Source: Lytechinus pictus
Lineage: Eukaryota
Assembly: GCF_037042905.1 (NCBI RefSeq)
Contig: NC_087245.1
Coordinates: forward strand, 21,888,001 to 21,952,000
DNA length: 64,000 bases
Direction of reading: 5' to 3'
A program made the translations under genes and the position numbers. This document shows positions 1 through 13,400 of this stretch, one piece after another (position 1 is the first letter of the stretch; each line of letters begins with the position of its first letter). Below the pieces are notes generated by a model that saw nothing but the letters and a program-made list of their open reading frames with translations, did no database searches and was not told the DNA's origin.

Positions 1-177
1 TTCTGATTAGTTAACCGATGCTAATTGTAATTAATAATCACTTATTTTCAGGTATTATTTATTGCAAATCATAAAGCGCTTAGAGAAACTTTAATCGACG
101 CAATGTAAACATTAAATCATTTGTATTATTTGACAAAAAGGCATCTCAAACCTAGCTACCAAAATCAGTTTATAATA

Positions 178-697
178 ATGATAAATAATATAAGATTTGT
201 ATAGCACACGTATCCACCTTGCTCCACTGTAATAAAATGTGTAAAATTTTAACCAGCACGAGGGTAATTATGTGTCCAACCAATTTAGGGCAGTATTTTA
301 CCCAATGCGGGAAGCATATTGTCCAGTAAGGTTAACAAATAAGCAATTGCTTTAGAAGGGGCAAAATTTTCATCACACTGGATAAATAAAAATGCCCCAA
401 AGAAATGCCCAATGTTGATTGGATACATAATAACCCTCATGGGGGAGTTTTACCCAATATTTTTTTAGAGTGTAGGTGCTCAAAGCGCTCCTATATTACC
501 CCGGCTAAGCTAGTCTACCGATTCCGATGCACAACTTTTTGAGAAATTACTTCCTGCCGGTACCCATTTACCTCACCTGGGTTGAATGCAGCACAATGTG
601 GGTAAATTTCGTGTTGAAGGAAAACACGCCATGGCTTGGAATCGAACCCACGTCCTTCAGATTGAAAGACGAGAGTCTTAACCACAAGACCAAGACC
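178..697 (-). mobile_element. tRNA-derived SINE interrupted by a MITE
   Basis: The minus strand has a Pol III A-box-like TGGTCTTGTGG and B box GTTCGATTCC at about 635-697. The body (GGTACCCATT.ACCTCACCTGGGT) is shared with 57808-58078, and there is an AT-rich simple-repeat tail near 178-195. Ends are approximate. Confidence 0.75.
225..472. mobile_element. small MITE nested in the SINE tail
   Basis: Imperfect termini CACTGTAA...TTAGAGTG and internal inverted arms (GAGGGTAATTATGTGTCCAA / TTGGATACATAATAACCCTC). Confidence 0.6.
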
Positions 698-1718
698 CCC
701 CCCCCCCACATGTTTATGAAGTTTAGACGTCAATCTCAGATACATTCTCATATCAGTTTGTTCGACGGTTTTCTCCTTCCTAGTAACAATAGATGTCGTG
801 CTATCATTACTTTATTACGACTGTGACTAACTGGGAGATGAAACATATTTTCTTTATGGACTCATGGAACTTTTTTATTCAACTTTATTCTAAAATGTAA
901 AAAATGTTCCCTCACCACCAGCGAAATTACGGCGTGAATGGTATCATTATAATCGATATTTTACTTAATCAGTTTTACAAATATAGGTTGAATTTCTCAT
1001 TCTTGTATGACAGGGTATAAAATAAGGAACTATTAAACAGAGAACTACATGCAGAGGAGCTATTTGATTGTTATTTCTACGACTTGTTGTAGAATTTGGC
1101 AACAGGTGATTGTGAGCGTTGGATTTTTATTATTATTTTGGAGTAAAATCGTAAAAAAGGGATTCTATAGTAATGGCATCATGAGTTTATGACCTAAAAG
1201 ATTATTTAAATAAGAATGTCAGCTACTAATTGATGTTTATCATGTTTATGGAATGTATTATTATCACAAAGTTATGAATTCAAAAAATTGAGGTATTGTT
1301 TAAGGACATAATGAAATATACCGGTACAAGGTTTAAGAATATCCTTTTCCATGTCCCATCTCTATTTTCCCCATTTCTAATATTTATGAAAAGGAAAAAA
1401 ACGACGCACAATTGGCAAGATTATTTATGTTTAATACGACGTTACCATTTAGTTGTGTCTTCAGATAGTTGCTAGTATTGTAATCACCATTATCTTTCAT
1501 CGTCATGGATATAGGGCAAGAGTTTAATGAAGCCCACCTCTCGGGGTTCTATTTAGAGGAGGTTTCGCTCGGGTGTACGCAGCTCTGACGTATGCATCTC
1601 CCTGTTTGGCCCGCTCGTCGCCGGGAAACTGCACCAGGCATTTCCCTTGGCAATTCGAGCTTGTCACGACTGGATCATGAGAACCATCCCGAAGACAACT
1701 GTCGCATAAAGGACCTCG

Positions 1719-1847
1719 TGACGTCACCAGGAAATTAGTGACGTCAACAATGTATATATATTCTGGTCATTATTTATCTCATATTCTTTTGCCAGAAAAT
1801 CTGTAGGTTACATACGGGCAGTGATGAAGAATGAGAAACCTGAGTCA
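1719..1847. promoter_or_regulatory. candidate regulatory cluster: two CRE palindromes, a TA-rich box and an AP-1 site
   Basis: TGACGTCA at 1719 and 1739 (20 bp apart), TATATATA at about 1753 and TGAGTCA at 1841, 2.5 kb upstream of the otopetrin ATG. Motif match only. Confidence 0.3.
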
Positions 1848-2560
1848 CTATCCGGCTGGCCTACAACATGAATTATCCTCAATGAGAATACAGACCTAGA
1901 GAAACGCTTGCGTGTCCTCACATTCAATGTAGCACAGTTTCTATTATGACTCTAATCTGGTGAGGTAGTTGTGCTATGGGTGGTTGGGTCCCGGTCCTGT
2001 AGGGTACTTCTTCGTCTGCATATAGCAATAGAACTGGAATTGTAGGTGACTGCCGTTACAGTAACGAAGGAAGGATGGACAGCTTAGTCTTGGCTTATCC
2101 TCCAAGGAAAGGTGATCCTTTGGATTTATATTTATGAAGTTCTTTTAGGATCTACTGGACAATCATTCTAGATATTCTTGCGGATCAATAATTCACTCGC
2201 TTTCTTTACAATAATCGTCAACGAATCTTGGCCTCGTAGATTTTATTCATCGAGTGTTGCAGTAACATGGAGATTTGATTGCCATGGGCGTGGGTTTCAC
2301 CTCTCGCGCTCGTATATAGAGAATGACAGCAAATGTGGTGAAGGAAGAACACAGAATGTCACTTGTCGTTTTAAATCTTCGCCTCTGCTGTTACAATTTC
2401 TTTACCAAGATGAAGGAAAATATGCCAACATGCACGGTTCTGCTTTCTGGAAAATAGCTCACATTTCCCTTCATCCTTTGAAGGCTATATAGTAGAGTCC
2501 GCCTGCTTTATGGACTAATTTTCTCTCAGGCGTTCGTGGTCTCGGTTTTTTCCCCTTTTA

Positions 2561-2564
<4 letters not shown>

Positions 2565-2595
<31 letters not shown>

Positions 2596-2641
2596 TGTTT
2601 GAGTTTGTGTGTGTGTGTGTGTGTGTGAGGGAGAGAGAGAG
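2565..2641. repeat. compound microsatellite (TA)n-(GT)n-(GA)n
   Basis: Directly visible. Confidence 0.95.
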
Positions 2642-4348
2642 GGGGACGTTTACCATAAGGAGGGCTTTGCTTTGACATTTATCCCGTGATTTCCAATGAG
2701 CATTCAACTTCAAGAAATTTCCTGTAGCCATGATCACCTGTCATCTTGTGTCGATGAGACAATTTTCCTGTACTGCCCTCTATAATTATATATCCCTCTC
2801 TTACCTACCTCCTCCCCTTCCACCCCCCTCTCATTCTCTCTCTCTCTCTGTCCCTCTCTCCAAAACGCACTTCCACAAGAAAGAATAATGTCATGTCCAG
2901 CCTCTCTTACCTAACTTAACCTAGCCATTTATAGCTTTTCTCCTGCTTCTTTTCTTCATGTACCACTGGCTATCTTTTCCTTCGGTTATATCGGTCTTGA
3001 AAACAAGTTGAAATTGTATATGGGAATAGAATTATTTTCTTTTAATGACTTCCCTTCCCTACAGACTATCCATACTTCTTAGTTTTGGTACACATTCGGA
3101 AGAAACTTTGATATAATAGTGTATCAACTGGAACCCTTTCTAAATATAATTTGATGATACATTGTACTAATAACAAATATTGTGGGGCCCGACTTTGTTA
3201 GTTTGTCAGAGGAAGGGGCTCGCGGGGGTATATAAATCATGTGGATTGCTTCTACTCTGCTACTAATAATATACCCTTTTATTCAACTCTCAAACATGCG
3301 AGGAAAATTATGACTCTTGGATTTATGTCTCTAATGTGGCGCCGATTTCAATTAGCAGCCGTGTAAAGAGCTGTATATGCCTGTAGAATGCATATCAGAA
3401 TGATATACAGTCTCATTTATATTATTCGCGTTCGGTACAAATTTACCCCTCTCCAGCATTAAACGGGTTGTATGTACTACACAGCTCTTTGAAGGTGACT
3501 GAATTAGAAGAGAAAAATGAATATATTATTATTTTATGATAAAACTATCATTATGATACTTTTCCCATGCAATGGTAAATTCCAATGATCCTTGATTTTG
3601 ATTGGTTGTCGAGCATTGTTACCACAATGGCTAACATTGGATGACACAATTATCATAATGATAACATCCATGTTATGGGGTCCAGAGCAAAAATCGAATT
3701 TTCTAGATTTTATAAATATTATTTCACCCTTTTTTCCACAGTGAACACCCCTCCAAAACATATACGTGGTTGTTGTCTATTCAGATCTACATTATGGTAG
3801 GTCTGCCTCATATAGGGATGATAGGACTATACTGCGTGGAGCCTCTGCAGTTCCATCGTGCGTCTTATACTTCCAAGGTTGTTCACAGGAAGCTCTGAAC
3901 AGTTGCGACAAACTAGTCAAGGTTGTCTCTAGCTTCCGCCAGCATTTGCTTCGAGCATGAATTTGCCATAGCGGGAGTTTTGTCCTACATAAAACTGATC
4001 ATGTTTATTTGAGCTTCATAACATTGTGAAGGTTGGGTAAGATGATGATACTGCTTTTCATGGCATTATCAAAAGCTGTCTGTCGCCGTATTTCCTTGGC
4101 TTCACTACTGACTATCGGTGTTCTTATTCACAGTTCTTGCGCACTAGGATAATATTGGGGTTAATACAAGAATACGGTAAACACTACTTTATTATATATA
4201 CATAAAATGATGTCATTGTACTTTTGTTATTGATATCATTAAAGTTGATTGTAACGTGTATTCTTTAATTTCTCTCTACCTTACAGCGTATAATTTCGTG
4301 AATACCCAAAACAACCGTCCGCACTCGTCGCTGTCCGACCAACAAAAC

Positions 4349-4458
4349 ATGGGTACCTTGGAACTAAGTCTTCGCTACCCGACGGGGGTTCACGTCGGAA
4401 TGGAACCCGAATGCAATGGCTTCCATGGCCTTGATGATCACGATGAACATGAACCAGA
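4349..4458 (+). CDS. otop: otopetrin coding exon 1 (exon probably starts at acceptor 4287)
   Basis: Acceptor TTACAG|4287, Kozak-like ATG and donor GA|GTAAGT. Phase 2 matches the next exon. Confidence 0.7.
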
Positions 4459-7400
4459 GTAAGTCTAAGCCTGAGTCTCTAAGACCAATCATGCGTCATT
4501 TGAGAATCGATCAAATCGCTCGATTACGAGATGTATTGGTAGTAGAAAGTACTAGTAAACATTTAGTAGTAGTAGCCGCACCAACAGTAGCGGCAGAAAT
4601 GAATTGTCATTAATAGTAATGATGGTGCTAGTAGCAGCAGCATAAGAATTAGCAGTGGTAATAAAGCATTATTAGTATTAACAGCATTAACAGAAAAAGC
4701 AATAGAAGTAGCGTAGTAGTAGTGGTAGTATTAGTTGTAGTAGCAGCAGTAGAGGTTAGTTCACATCTTGAGTAGATAGCACAATCACCACCCTTTCGCC
4801 ACAATAAGCCGGTTCGTAGTTCCACTCTGCGCATGATCAGAAGATTCTGCGCATGATCAGAGGAAGGTCATTTGTACTTAAGTGACATGGTGGTTTAAAA
4901 TTTAATGAGATAAGCACCAAATTCGATGTCTTGATTATTCATATATTCTTTTGAATTGTGTTTTTCATTCACATCCACAAAAAAATGCGTCCACGAATGA
5001 CTGGTATATTTCACAGTTTGCCAAGTACATTGTACAACATCCTCTAGTATGCATTCAAAGTAGAAATGCAACAAATAACTTCATAGAGTGTTCATTGATG
5101 TGCTATTCTAGTCACCTGGTCTGTTCAATTTCTTCATACCGCTATGTAAGGCATGCATACGTAATATCATGCTTTGAAATCTACCTATCTTAATGAAAGA
5201 AATGAAAGGTCGTTTGACCAAAATTGTCCCAGAAGTAACTACGAACTGGTCTATAACAGGTAAACGACTTATGAAAATCAATCAAGTTATGGACAAAATA
5301 AACTAAAGCCTTTTTACTTGAACATTTGGTTACGATCGATTACTGAGTAACCGTGCTACTTCATTTTCCACCATCAGGGAAGACGTGTGGACTCTGATGA
5401 GCATGATGCACGCTATGATCGTGGTCACCATGGTGTTCGTCCTTGACACAGCTCAAGTCTTCCTGCGGGACTCAACAGAAGCTAGACCCGTCTTACTCAG
5501 CCACGTCGAAGGCTTCTTTATATTCCTTTACCTTGTCTCCATAGCGTGGATGATCGTCGTCATAGTACTAAAGAGACCGCTGCCCTCAAGCGACGACGAA
5601 GAGAGGCTCGATACCCAGGCGGGAAGTCGATATTTAAATGGTAATTGATTTTTAGCAAAATATACTTCGGATTCGCAGACAAATTGCTTTAAAAAAAACC
5701 CGAATATTTCGGAAATTCCAGTCATGACACCCGAAGTAATAATTCATACATGTTCTACCAAGGGTGTACTCCACTTTTGCCGATAAGAACTTTGTAAAAC
5801 TATGCCTGGGCCTTAGTAAGATCTGTTGGCACGCATGTCTGGAGGGAAGCAACTCTGATAAGACTTCATTTCAGAGAGTATTCATATAATCATGAACATG
5901 ATGATAACAAAGCAACCCTTTACGGGGGACAAGGGGGATTCAAATACCTTCAAAACCGTATTGGGAAGAGCTATATGAAAGATAAAAAGAACTTTCCAAA
6001 CCATGAATCTGAGAAAAATAAATGGAGCAAGGTATAATATGAAAATGTTCACTGAACGCATAATACGTCTTCGGCAGCATTCACAAAATCGATGCTTTGA
6101 ATTATTATTCTGCTTAACAACAATCAAATGAAAACTAGTAACATGGAGTGCGGAAGAATTCCTGCGAATCTTATTGAGCTACGATAATGAGGGTTGATAT
6201 CTTAATGCATAACGTTATAAATCATTAAAAAAAGCCTTTATTAGGATCACCTTTTCATCATGCCGACTCCTGGTGGGTTCTGTTTTAATCATGGTTGTTT
6301 CCCTCGTATTTCTTCAATGACACCATATTTACTGATAATAATGTCATGTTACCTTCAATGTCGATTAGAAATTACTGAGATATTTTATGGTCAGATCAAT
6401 CTGGAAAAGAAAATTGAAATTTGTTCATGTCTCTCGAGAAGGTGAACAGGGGAAATTTTAAAGAGTTACCCCAAATAAAACCACCGTTTTGAGACCATGG
6501 ATTAACGAAGATAAGTCGTTTGATAACATACCAATTTAAAAGAAAATCAGCCATGTACAGGATAGTGAAGGATAAGTTGCTTCACATCGAGAAGAAGGAA
6601 TGGATGGGATATAAACTCAAGTTTGCCGGAGAATGTTCACTGTTGGGTGGGGCCGAATTTGGGTGATGAGTTCTGGGTTAGACGCACGACAATCATAAAT
6701 GTCAAACGGTAGTAGGTTTGTCTTGATGACAAATTTTCCGGCAATTAGGCAGCAGAGGTTGACATGGATAACATCTATTTGCGATTGCAAGATGCTTATT
6801 AAAGGAGGATGGTTGACTGTCCACTTGTCGACCCAAGTTCATGGGGTACTTTGTTATTTTTTTCACTCGACCAGATGATTGAAATCAACAAGTAACGTAA
6901 AAGGAAAAATCCATCAACATTTCCAAAATATAAAGAAACATTTTCCTTTTAACTTACCCTCTTCATGGTTTATTTTCCATTCTTTTATTCAGTATCATTT
7001 TATTTTGTGAATATTTCAAAACAATGAAAAGCAACTTAAAACTACAAAAGAAGGATTTGTCGGCAATTATGAAGAAAGGCTAATTAATTGAATAATCCGG
7101 TTAGAGTTTGGCGTCACAAAAGAAAAAAACATGCACATTCAGTAATGAAATGACGAAGAGAGAAAAAATAGAGTTTCATCTGAACTATTCAGTAATCCAA
7201 TTTGCTTGCAATTATTAATATGTCGCGTTATGAAGTATTATTGCAACTAATTCTCCGTATCTAAACATCAATCGGTAATAATGGCTGCGGTTGTAAAAAT
7301 CACGTGCCTGCCTTTAAATATAGGTCCCTGTGACCTTATCAACGCACCTCGGCTTTGAGAAGAAGTTCTTGTGTGGGGGATCAGGAACTCGAAGTTGCTA

Positions 7401-10400
7401 ATTTTAGACATGGTACAGTGCATGTGGGATTAAAGGAAACACATGACGGAGTTGCATTATCTCGCGGGTTACAAGGGACGCGCACGGTTGCTCCTAGTAT
7501 TCGAGGAACCTATAGGGGAAGCTATAGCGCACGGATGCTCCCTGGAAGACTTTACATTCCCGTTCGCTATGACCGTCTGTGAGTCAGCGACGGAATCAAA
7601 TTGATTGTTCCGGTGCAACAGTTATAAATGCCATTTTCCCTGTCACTGTTCGGTGTGTAGAATACAATGGATATTTAAAGCAAGTATGCCAGATTTGTCT
7701 TAAAGTGCAAATATCTTGACAGCCCCCCTTCTCAAGTCCCCCAACAACATATAACCTTACGGTGACTCTAGCAGTATTAATGTCAAATCGTCTATTTATG
7801 AAATTCCGCACAAAAAGAGTGTTTAAAGGCGTTTAAAGTGGGGATTTTTTTGTACAGTTTTAAGTTAGAAAGTGATGAATTACCATAATTAAAAAAAAAA
7901 TTTAATAAAGATAAATTTACATTAATTTTATCATTGAAATTCAATTTTCAGGAATTTTTAAATAACTTAGGATTGAATTTATGGAATTGGTCAACTATAC
8001 TTATACAATGATATCCCATTAGATAATATCAATAATTACATTTAATATTACCATTAATTGTGCGGTATTGATTTGGATTACTACAATTACATATACCTTT
8101 TCATACACCATTGCTTACAAATAATATGGAAGCCTCAAGACTTTACCTTAAATTTACTTTTTTTCGCCAGACATTTGAATATTATCATTTTTTTAGTCAC
8201 GTCACCTTTGAACGGCTTTAAACAGAGACACATTCTCTATAAGTCTATCGGACTATCTCTTATTTTCTGGTAAGATTGCGTTTTTTAGTACCGGTCTGTT
8301 GGTGTATTTAGATCAAGTATATTACCAAGTTTGTCGTCATTTGGATACAGTAACGAATCTAATTTACATTTATTTTCTCCTTTTTTATCCAGTCGGATTG
8401 CTGTTTTTCGGTACAGGCAGTTGCCTGTGGGCCATTATGCGAACAGCATCACATATCGAGAAGAATGGTGGGCCATGTGGCGCCCGAGGCATCTTTGCCT
8501 TCGGATCTATTCTCAGTGTTGCCTTCACTATGTTGCAGATCTACTATTTCTGGCGGTTCTCCCGTTATTGTATAGTCAGGTGGCAGCCTTTGGCAAAGTA
8601 AGTGACATATGGAGGGGAAAATATTTTAGTTTTTAACTGTATTATTTGTGTAAACGAGCCTTCGGTGACACAGGTTCCTGTTACAGATATATTGAGTTGA
8701 TAAGTAGCCTGTGCCTTAATTTATCTGATTTTGTACATTGGTTTCGTTTAGAGATATGAACATTGTATTTCAGAATCATGAGAGTGAAGACCTAAAGGAA
8801 AGTTCTAAATCGAAACAAAATTCAATAAAACATTTGACAGAGGAACGACAACCAATGTGAAAAAGACAACTTAACTGCATATGTGCATATCATTTGTGAA
8901 TAAATAATAAGTCAGGATTCAGTGGCGTACCGTGGGTCACGGCATTGGGGGGGCACCAGCAAAAATTTTGAGTCATTTAGTGAGCGCGCGAAGCGCGCTC
9001 AGTTGCCAGGTATACTGTCCTAGCTAATATAGATATTTTAAGGACAATGCCATTGAACGGATATATGTATCTCACTGGTCAAATAATGCGAGCGCGAAGC
9101 GCGAGCTGAAAATTTTTTATATTCAGACCTAAAATTTGATATCATAATCAAATTTTTGTAATCATGATACGTATATCTGTCTCGCTATACAATGCGAGCG
9201 CGAAGCGCGAGCTGAAATTTTTGGGTATATTGACCCCAAACAGGGAGATTTTAAGGACTATATTTTAAAAATCCATTAAGAGTATACATGTTTCACCATA
9301 ATCATCTAAAGCGATTGCCAAGCACTTGCTGATTTTGTTAGAATTACGTCTAAATACATGAAGCACTTTCTGTAGTCATTTTAACGATGATTATCATACG
9401 CATCACACTAATCAAATATTGCAAGCGCGAAGCGCGAGCCTAAAATTTAGATAATTCAAACCTGAAGTGGGGATTTCTAAGGCTTGCCTGTAGGAATTTG
9501 CTAAGACCATACGTATTTCACTAACCAAATGATGCGAGCGCGAAGCGCGAGCCGAAAATTTTTGGTATTCAGATCAGAAAAAGGGACATTTTAAGGACTG
9601 ATTCTAGGAATTCATGCAGAGCAGACATATCTCACCAATCCACAAATGCGAACGTTATCACGGACATGAAATGTTTTATATTAAGACCTTAACATGGGGC
9701 AATCACTTTAAGTAGTCATGAAAAAGAAGCACATGTCACTACATAAAACAATAACTCGAAGTGCAAGGATATATATTTGGTGTATATTGACTTGAAAACG
9801 GGAGGTTTTAGTACAACAGGATTATATATCTCGTTAAGCAGACAATGCGAGCATTAGAAACAATGAAGACATAGGCCCTGAGCAAAGTATGTTTCATAAA
9901 GTTATGATGAAAATGTTCCTTATGTAATGTAACATAACACAATTATAATATAATATAATATTATATAATATAATATAACATTCAAATGAATAATAATTTC
10001 ATCTTTCCTACTACGTTTTTCTTCCTTTCTCCCTCTTTTTCTCCTTTTCCCCGTTTTTTTTTTTTTTTTTTGGTCAGCCGATTGGGGGGGGGGGGCACGT
10101 GCCCCCCATGCCCCCCCCCCCCCGTAGTTACGCCACTGTCAGGATTAGAAAGATGACTCCGAACAAAACCGTTGATATAACCATTTATTTCCCTATTCTT
10201 TCAGAATGGCCCTCATGCACCTGTGCGCGAACAACGTGGCAGTATGGGCACGAACAATGATAGAAGAGACCTGGGAGGACTTCTTGCTCAAGTACATGAA
10301 AGGATCGGCCTACGGTGGCAAGGGCGGGAAGGGAGGGTACGACAAGGGATCTTCGGGAAAGGGCTACGACACGGGTGGAGCTGCCTACGACCCAACGGGA

Positions 10401-13400
10401 ACCGGTGCGGCGTATGATGCTGGCACGGGTTACGGCCCAAGTGGTGGACCAAGTTATGGTGGAGCCGGCACGACAGGGTACAGTACTGGGGCAAGGTTGC
10501 TGCAGGAACTGGTAGGGAACTACGCGGCTCAAGATTCTGTGCCGGTGTTTGGAGCGTATGCCGACCCCGTGTATGGCTACGGTTATGGAGGTGCAGAGAA
10601 TACCTACGTGAACCCGCATGGCGTCATATGTGCGTAACCTTCTCCCTACTTACAATATTAACATTTATTCATATTCACCAATGCACCCAAACAACCATGG
10701 CCTGTATATCTATGTATTTACTTATTAACCAATGTATATCATGAAAGCCTACAAGTGCATGTGCAATGATATTCAAGAGCAGCTTCAAACTGCATCGTAC
10801 TAGTAGGTCATCCAAAATGAGTCGGGATTATCATGATTATGTCGGGTTTTTCGCAAAAAATAGAATCACATTCGGTTTACAAAAATGGCTTATTACAGTT
10901 AGCCATTCAAATCTTGATATTAGGGTATTGTGAGATATCCAAACTCCCCTGATTCACTGGAGTAATGACAGGTGTGATATTTTATGAAAGGGTTGTCTTT
11001 GCTCTCCTTATCGCAATATCACGCCCCGTGCTGTTGAATTAATATTTGCCATAAAAGTAACAATTAATTACAAGGCCACCTTATAACCGATTTCCATTGT
11101 GCTTTAGCTACCTCAACTACTCAAATGCTTTCACATTACCCCCAAGCTTTCGCTTTATCATGTTTATACTGACATTATGGACCATGCATATAAAAAACAA
11201 AGCATTTCATAACGAATGCGCTCTAAACTTAGACCCTCAGTCATGACAACTGGACAGACACCAAACCGAAACCAGAGAAAACTGACCGATACCGAAAAGC
11301 CGACGACAAGGCTATCCCATCCTACAAAACATCGACATTACAGTAAACATCACACCGACATGCAATTTTTCAATAGACCGACAAGAGGGTGACATCCAGT
11401 GGCGTACCTAGGATTTACCACAGGGGGGGGCAAATTCGTCCGCCAAAAAATTTGACAAGCAAAAAAAAAAAAAAAAAATAGGTCTTCAAGACTCGTCAGG
11501 GGGGCAGGGAAATATCCCTTGCATTGGTTGTGACTCGTCAGGGGGGCAGTCTACCCCCTCTGCCCCCCCCCCGTAGGTACGCTAGTGGTGACATCCAAAT
11601 AGTAGAGCGTTTTGCACCACGATACCGACGGATTCACGAAAACAGTAAATGTATCAGAAAATGCTCGTCAAATGTCAAAGAACATTTGGGAGGTCTTGGT
11701 CGAAAATTGGTACACCGACCAGTACTTTCGTCATAAGTTTCGGAGCTAACGAAAAAATGCGAATATGCCGTTTGTCCGGATACCGGGACGAAACTGTCCT
11801 TTCGATTTAACAATTTTCGACAAAGACTTTTTGGTTGTTCATTGTCATGAAGGGCATTCTATGTTTTTGAATCCGTGTGCACCAGAATGAGAAAACTCCC
11901 CAATAAATAAAGTTACACCAACGAAATCAACTCCAAACTGACCAATGGTATGACATTAGAAATCATGCATTCAGTAGTAGTTACGCTGTAGATATAACAT
12001 TTGCATGTAAAGTTATAAAGAAATAAATTATGTAAGCCCATGCTGGTCAGCTAAAAAACAAACATGTAAATGAAGAAAATACGTCCCTAAAAATAATCCC
12101 TGATTTTATTTAAGTAACTAGAAATATAAAAACAGTCTTATATACACTGAGCCTGAAAAAAATGCAGGCAGGTAAAGCGCAGTTAAAATCACTTGTTCAC
12201 TGCAACCACCCTGCCTGTGGGGAATCTACAGGTTTGACTATGGCATGCCAATGCTGTACAGAGCACACACTTTAAAAAATGATTAAAATATCACTTTTGT
12301 GACCAAAATTACTAATTTCCGTACAGTTGCAATTCATTTTTCATTCGTAACTTGGGATATTTTTTGTATTCACTAGAGCGCTCAAAAACTTGAATTTTTG
12401 GCATATTTTTGTATACGCCCTCTAAAGGTGGAAAATAATATGGCAAGAAAATTTTCATTTTTTTAATCTCTATTTTTAATTAAGAAAAAAATAATTTAAA
12501 GAATCAAATTTACTTAAGGGCCAAGTTGTATGACGAATAGGTGTAATGGAAACTGTCAGTGTAAAAAATCAAGCATTTGTCCCAAAGAAAAAGAGAAAAT
12601 AAGCCAAACATTGCCATCCTTATTTTGCCACACATGGAGATATAACTGAGAACGAGGTTATATCATAACCTTGTTCATTGAATGAGTGGTTAAAATAAAA
12701 ACTTTATGACCAGAGTAAGAAACGTAGGTTAGGATATTACAAAATGTGCATGCCAGGCGACTGATGAAATGTGCTAATGTGATAACAACTATTGAGATGC
12801 CGTATATCCAACCATTGTTGCGAGCACGGTTGAATGAAATGCCCTTCTATACAGCTCAATTAAGACATCAAATAGGAACCTTCAAAATAGCATGTCACAC
12901 AACACAAATTCTATTTTCGTTGCCGCCAGGATATCGTCAAACAAATTCATGAAATTTCTAGATCGGTATAGTTCGTGTACAAAGGTTCGTGCCATTATTG
13001 CTGCCTTTTTTTTAAGGGGGAAGTATTCTTTTGAAATGATAATTGCTTACCATGCCAGTGTACAATGTTTTAATCATAACCATGAAGACCGTGGGGGATC
13101 ACGAAGAAAATGCTCCAATATACTGTTCTTATGTATTTCTAGATATGAAGTGAAATTCCTTGACAGTCCATGTTTTTCTACTAATCTAGTGTACGCGAAC
13201 ATTTAATTGTATCGAGAGAAAAAAAAGTAATCCAAATCAGGGTTTATAATTAAAACTGATTAAATTTAGACCCCAATTAAAAATGATTTCCACTCACCTG
13301 TATACTCGGCTTTCCACTGGTAAATCACTGATGCACTGACGAATTCGTTGCAAAGGAGACCGATCCAAATTCCGTCTTTTTTTGCAAGTTTTGGGTAAAA

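Noticed and set aside
6300..6850. Possible decayed LINE RT C-terminus on minus (FIWGNS-like); similar fragment WFKANKLLLNLSKTK at about 57360-57412 on plus
   Set aside because: Too short and degenerate to set boundaries without alignment.
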